Of a DNA stretch of 20,000 nucleotides, positions 15,959 to 20,000 are shown piece by piece. The stretch comes from Nitrospirae bacterium MYbin3 (GTDB lineage Bacteria > Nitrospirota > Thermodesulfovibrionia > Thermodesulfovibrionales > Dissulfurispiraceae), in contig PEAD01000016.1 of NCBI GenBank assembly GCA_002753335.1, positions 45,729-65,728 on the forward strand, in the 5' to 3' direction. Under the pieces are notes generated by a model, which was given only the letters and a program-made list of their open reading frames with translations, ran no database searches and was not told where the DNA came from. The position numbers and the translations under genes are program-made. Positions within the stretch are counted from its first letter, which is position 1; each line of letters starts with the position of its first letter.

Positions 15959-18466
15959 ACGCTTCTTCAAAAATTGTCCGGTATAAGATTCAGCGCATAA
16001 CGCCACTTCTTCGGGAGTGCCTTTAGCCACAATCCTGCCGCCGTTATCTCCCCCTTCAGGCCCCAAGTCGATAATGTAATCCGCAGACTTTATGATGTCG
16101 AGATCATGCTCAATCACAATAACCGTGTTGCCCATATCAACAAGCCTGTTTATCACATTAAGCAGCCTTTGTATATCAACAAAATGAAGGCCGGTCGTTG
16201 GTTCATCAAGTATGTACATAGTTTTGCCTGTAGATTTTTTGCTCAGTTCCCTCGAAAGTCTTAGCCTCTGCGCCTCGCCGCCAGAAAGAGTGGTTGCGGA
16301 TTGGCCAAGCCTTAAATAACCGAGTCCTACTTCGTCAAGCATATCGAGCCGTTGCCTTATATGGGGAACAGCTTCAAAAAAATCTATCGCCTCAGATACG
16401 GTCATATCAAGAACCTGAGCTATATTTTTGCTTTTATAAAACACTTCGAGAGTCTCACGGTTATAGCGCTTACCCTTGCAGTCATCGCAGGTAACATAAA
16501 CCGAAGGCAGAAAATGCATCTCGACCTTTTTAAGACCGCCCCCCTCACACGCTTCGCATCTTCCGGAAGCTACATTAAAGCTGAACCGAGAGATATTGTA
16601 CCCCCTGACCCGCGACTCAGGAAGCTGCGCGAACAACTCACGAACAAAATTCAAAATACCGGTATATGTTGCAGGATTTGACCTTGGTGTCCTGCCAAGT
16701 GGAGACTGATCCACACAGATAACTCGGTCAATCTTCTCGATGCCTTCTATCTTTTTGTGTTTGCCAGGAAGCATATCGATATTATTAATGCGCTGCCATA
16801 GAGACTTGTACAGGACTTCGTGAATAAGCGTGCTTTTCCCTGAACCCGAAACTCCGGTAACGCATACAAACTGGCCGAGCGGCAGCGACACATCTATTCT
16901 TTTTAGATTAAATGCTTCAGCTCCGACTATCTCTATGCAATCATTATTGGCCCTTCTGTTTTTAGGAACAGGTATTGTTGACTCCCCGCAAAGATAGCGT
17001 CCGGTTACCGATGATGGGTTGGCCTCTATGCTTTTCGGCGATCCCTCTGCAATCACCCAACCACCATTTTTCCCTGCGCCGGGCCCCATATCTATTACAA
17101 AGTCGGCTGCCCTTATGGTATCTTCATCATGCTCGACTATTACAACCGTATTGCCTGCATCCCTTATTTCATAAAGACTGTTTAAAAGATTTTTGCAATC
17201 TCTCGTATGTAGTCCGATGCTCGGCTCATCCAAAATATAAAGAACTCCGGTAAGAGATGATCCAAGCTGAGTAGCAAGCCTAATACGCTGGGCCTCTCCG
17301 CCAGAAAGCGTTAATGAATGCCTGTTGAGCGTAAGATAGCCAAGCCCAACCTTATCTAAAAAAGATAACCTGTCAGAGACCTCTTTCAGCACTTTCTTTG
17401 CAATAGACTGCTCGCGTTCGGTCAGATTAAGGTTCTCGATAAAATTTTTAGCCGCTTCAATATTCATCGCCGAGAATTCGCCGATGCTTTTGCCCTGAAG
17501 CTTTACGCTCAACGATTCGGGACGCAGCCTCATACCGCCGCATTCGCGGCAGTCCGAAAAATGAGCGTTACCTGCGTCTAAAACGCTGTCATCAAAAAAA
17601 TCGTTTGACATTCCTTCGATTCCGAGGCCTTTGCAGCGGCTGCAGGCTCCGTATTTGCTATTAAAAGAAAACATCATAGGCTCTATCTCAGGGTAGCTTA
17701 TACCGCATTGAGGACAGGCAAGGTTTCTGCTGAATGGAATATCACGGTCTTCATCAACAAGATTAATAATCACAGTATCGGCGTATTTTAGCGCAGTATC
17801 GATGGCATGTTTTATCTGTTTTTCGATCGAACTCTTAATGATAAACCTGTCTATAACTATTTCTATCGTATGGCGCTGCTGCTTTTTGAGCTCGATATCA
17901 CCTGTAAGGTCAAACATTTTTCCGTCTATGCGTGCCCTCACAAAACCGTCCATGCGCATTCTGTAAAGTTCTTTCTTGTATTCACCCTTGCGCTCCCGTA
18001 CTATCGGCGCGAGAACCTGAACCCTCGTTCCGGCAGAAAATGAGCTGACCGCCCGAATTATATTGTGCAGATCCTGCGTAGATATTAAAGAACCGCAGCC
18101 GTAGCAATAAGGTACGCCTATCCGAGTGTAGAGAACCCTCATGTAGTCGTATATCTCGGTTATAGTTCCTACGGTTGAACGCGGGCTGCGGGTGACGGTT
18201 TTCTGGTCTATCGCGATTGCAGGAGAAAGGCCCTCGATGTAATCCACATCAGGCTTCTGCATCTGCTCCAGAAACTGTCTTGCATAAGCGGACAGGCTTT
18301 CCACATATCTGCGCTGGCCTTCAGCATAAATCGTGTCCATAGCAAGCGATGATTTGCCCGAGCCTGATGGGCCTGTGATTACGGTAATCCGATCCCTCGG
18401 TATCTTAACCGTAATATCTTTAAGATTATGCTCACGCGCACCTTTTACGAATATGAATTCTTGCAT
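15944..18466 (-). CDS. uvrA: Excinuclease ABC subunit A (short form)
   Basis: [28 protein letters not shown], two LSGGEAQR signatures, GVSGSGKST, zinc-finger CxxC pairs, DLGPEGG. Confidence 0.97.
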   Translation of the reverse strand: MQEFIFVKGAREHNLKDITVKIPRDRITVITGPSGSGKSSLAMDTIYAEGQRRYVESLSAYARQFLEQMQKPDVDYIEGLSPAIAIDQKTVTRSPRSTVGTITEIYDYMRVLYTRIGVPYCYGCGSLISTQDLHNIIRAVSSFSAGTRVQVLAPIVRERKGEYKKELYRMRMDGFVRARIDGKMFDLTGDIELKKQQRHTIEIVIDRFIIKSSIEKQIKHAIDTALKYADTVIINLVDEDRDIPFSRNLACPQCGISYPEIEPMMFSFNSKYGACSRCKGLGIEGMSNDFFDDSVLDAGNAHFSDCRECGGMRLRPESLSVKLQGKSIGEFSAMNIEAAKNFIENLNLTEREQSIAKKVLKEVSDRLSFLDKVGLGYLTLNRHSLTLSGGEAQRIRLATQLGSSLTGVLYILDEPSIGLHTRDCKNLLNSLYEIRDAGNTVVIVEHDEDTIRAADFVIDMGPGAGKNGGWVIAEGSPKSIEANPSSVTGRYLCGESTIPVPKNRRANNDCIEIVGAEAFNLKRIDVSLPLGQFVCVTGVSGSGKSTLIHEVLYKSLWQRINNIDMLPGKHKKIEGIEKIDRVICVDQSPLGRTPRSNPATYTGILNFVRELFAQLPESRVRGYNISRFSFNVASGRCEACEGGGLKKVEMHFLPSVYVTCDDCKGKRYNRETLEVFYKSKNIAQVLDMTVSEAIDFFEAVPHIRQRLDMLDEVGLGYLRLGQSATTLSGGEAQRLRLSRELSKKSTGKTMYILDEPTTGLHFVDIQRLLNVINRLVDMGNTVIVIEHDLDIIKSADYIIDLGPEGGDNGGRIVAKGTPEEVALCAESYTGQFLKKRLCRL

Positions 18467-18484
18467 TTAGAGAGCAGGTTCTGT

Positions 18485-19063
18485 CTATTCCGAATCTACA
18501 AGCAGAGAAGAATATTTTATAGTATCGAATGCGAACAATATTCTCTGCTCCTTTTCGACTTTTTGAGATGGAAACGGCACAAATTCTTTATTGTTTAAAA
18601 GCTCCAAGGCCTCAGCCTTAGACGGTATGCTTTCAAGGCCTTCGGATATAGGCCTGCCCTTGACCGTATCGAGCAATTTAGCGTATTCACCGTCAGTAAC
18701 GACCGCGTAAGGTATTTGATAAGCGTCCGCCACCCGGCAAAATGCAATCGAATACCTTTCCCATGAAGCCGGAGAGTTGAGTACGCATTTAACTGACAGG
18801 AGCCTTCGGGAGTTAAGAACTATTATTATGTCTGCAGAAACTTCGAAGCTTGCATCCGGAAGTTCTATCTTGAAAAAAATATTCTCCTGCAGATCGATTT
18901 TGCAATAACCTTTCTGAAACATGAGAAAATCTATCATCCGGCTTTTAATACGCACAATCTCTTCATTCGCCAGAGCATCTTCACTACTCACCTTTTCGCC
19001 GATAAGTCTTTTCCGCTCTTCGGGACTTGCCGGGTTCTTTCCTAACGGTATATAAGTTGACAT
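18485..19063 (-). CDS. Stand-alone type I restriction HsdR N-terminal-like (PD-(D/E)xK fold) protein
   Basis: EEIVR, FLMFQKGY, ADIII...SVKC and PYAVVTDG fit the HSDR_N_2-like pattern. Confidence 0.65.
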   Translation of the reverse strand: MSTYIPLGKNPASPEERKRLIGEKVSSEDALANEEIVRIKSRMIDFLMFQKGYCKIDLQENIFFKIELPDASFEVSADIIIVLNSRRLLSVKCVLNSPASWERYSIAFCRVADAYQIPYAVVTDGEYAKLLDTVKGRPISEGLESIPSKAEALELLNNKEFVPFPSQKVEKEQRILFAFDTIKYSSLLVDSE

Positions 19064-19192
19064 GATACGCTCCGTTCAGTTTTCGGTCTGCATTAAAAAC
19101 AAGAATTTTAATTATCCCATAATACCGTAGGTCAGTTCAATTGAATTGATGCGTATTTTCGCTATGAATTACAGAGCATCTTTACTGGCAGA

Positions 19193-19600
19193 TTAAGTTT
19201 TGACTACGACAATAAGCTTTGCGCTTGCCTCGGCAATTAACACATAATCGCTTTGTCTTCGCATTTCTGCCGAGGCTTCTATAAGTTTTCCGCTCCTCTT
19301 TTTTACTGATGCCGCCACCATAGTCTTTTCAGCTACATTAAGGGGATTTTTGAACCTGACTTTAATCTCTGCAGTAACCGGAGTGCTCCCTTCAGACATA
19401 GAGGCGTGAATCATAGCTTCATCAAGAACCGCCGAGATTATTCCTCCGTGCACAATACCCGAATAGCCCTGAAAATATTTTGATGGTATGAATTCTGTTT
19501 TTGCAGCGCATTCTGTGCGGTTAAATGAAAGTTTTAGGCCGCTCGTGTTGTTCTTTCCACACACAAAACAATTATCGTCGTCCTGAAGTTTTATTCCCAT
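19193..19600 (-). CDS. PaaI-family hotdog thioesterase
   Basis: CFVCGKNN..GLKL, FQGYSGIVHGGIISAVLDEAM, VTAEIKVRFKNP. Confidence 0.9.
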   Translation of the reverse strand: MGIKLQDDDNCFVCGKNNTSGLKLSFNRTECAAKTEFIPSKYFQGYSGIVHGGIISAVLDEAMIHASMSEGSTPVTAEIKVRFKNPLNVAEKTMVAASVKKRSGKLIEASAEMRRQSDYVLIAEASAKLIVVVKT

Positions 19601-19636
19601 GCTTAAAAGAGAGTCAAGAACACCTAAAGGCTAAGG

Positions 19637-20000
19637 TTATTTATTCATCATGTCGAGGAATTCTTTGTTGTTTTTTGTGCCCTTAAGCTTGCTTAAGAGG
19701 AATTCCATGCTCTCGACAGTGCTGAGAGGGTTTAGAACCTTTCTCAGTATCCACATTTTATTGAGCACGTCTTTGTCCACCAAAAGCTCCTCTTTTCTTG
19801 TTCCTGAAGCATTGATGTCTATTGTGGGGAATATTCTTTTTTCGGTCAGTTTTCTGTCGAGATGCACTTCCATATTGCCGGTGCCCTTGAACTCTTCAAA
19901 TATCACGTCATCCATTCTGCTGCCTGTATCCACAAGCGCGGTTGCAAGAATTGTAAGACTGCCGCCTTCCTCGATATTTCTCGCTGTACCGAAAAAAGAA
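19637..20000 (-). CDS. rho: Transcription termination factor Rho, C-terminal part (5' end beyond the window)
   Basis: [50 protein letters not shown]...SGTRKEELL. The frame is open to the window end. Confidence 0.97.
   Translation of the reverse strand, partial: SFFGTARNIEEGGSLTILATALVDTGSRMDDVIFEEFKGTGNMEVHLDRKLTEKRIFPTIDINASGTRKEELLVDKDVLNKMWILRKVLNPLSTVESMEFLLSKLKGTKNNKEFLDMMNK

Noticed and set aside
19991..20000. Rho reads S-F-F-G at the window edge where R-F-F-G is usual
   Set aside because: It is a single codon at the extreme edge, and variation cannot be told from an end artefact.
1..20000. CRISPR array, rRNA or transposase
   Set aside because: No regularly spaced repeats, rRNA-like sequence or transposase motifs were seen.

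Overview
Bacterial chromosomal window, mostly minus-strand genes. Its style suggests a Nitrospirota/Desulfobacterota-like organism, but that is an impression only. From left to right it holds: a partial multi-PAS sensor histidine kinase (missed by the ORF track because it runs off the window edge), a short-type aconitase, secA, and a tightly coupled 7-gene operon (MtnX-like HAD phosphatase, class-III PLP aminotransferase, SMR/EamA-like small membrane protein, dedicated ACP, NodE/FabF-like ketosynthase, alpha/beta hydrolase with a Cys nucleophile, FemAB/GNAT-fold transferase) behind a well-formed sigma-54 promoter. Next come a nitroreductase, tRNA-Val(GAC) with att-like motifs at its 3' side, an orphan TolC with an operator-like palindrome, a 5'-truncated caspase-like (C14) fragment, a higBA toxin-antitoxin pair, a uvrA lacking its insertion domain, an HsdR-N-like protein, a PaaI thioesterase and the 3' end of rho. 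The best candidate for an undescribed system is the 7-gene operon, which looks like a pathway for an amino-alcohol/amine-headed acyl lipid (for example N-acyl-serinol or ceramide-like). That product assignment is inference.
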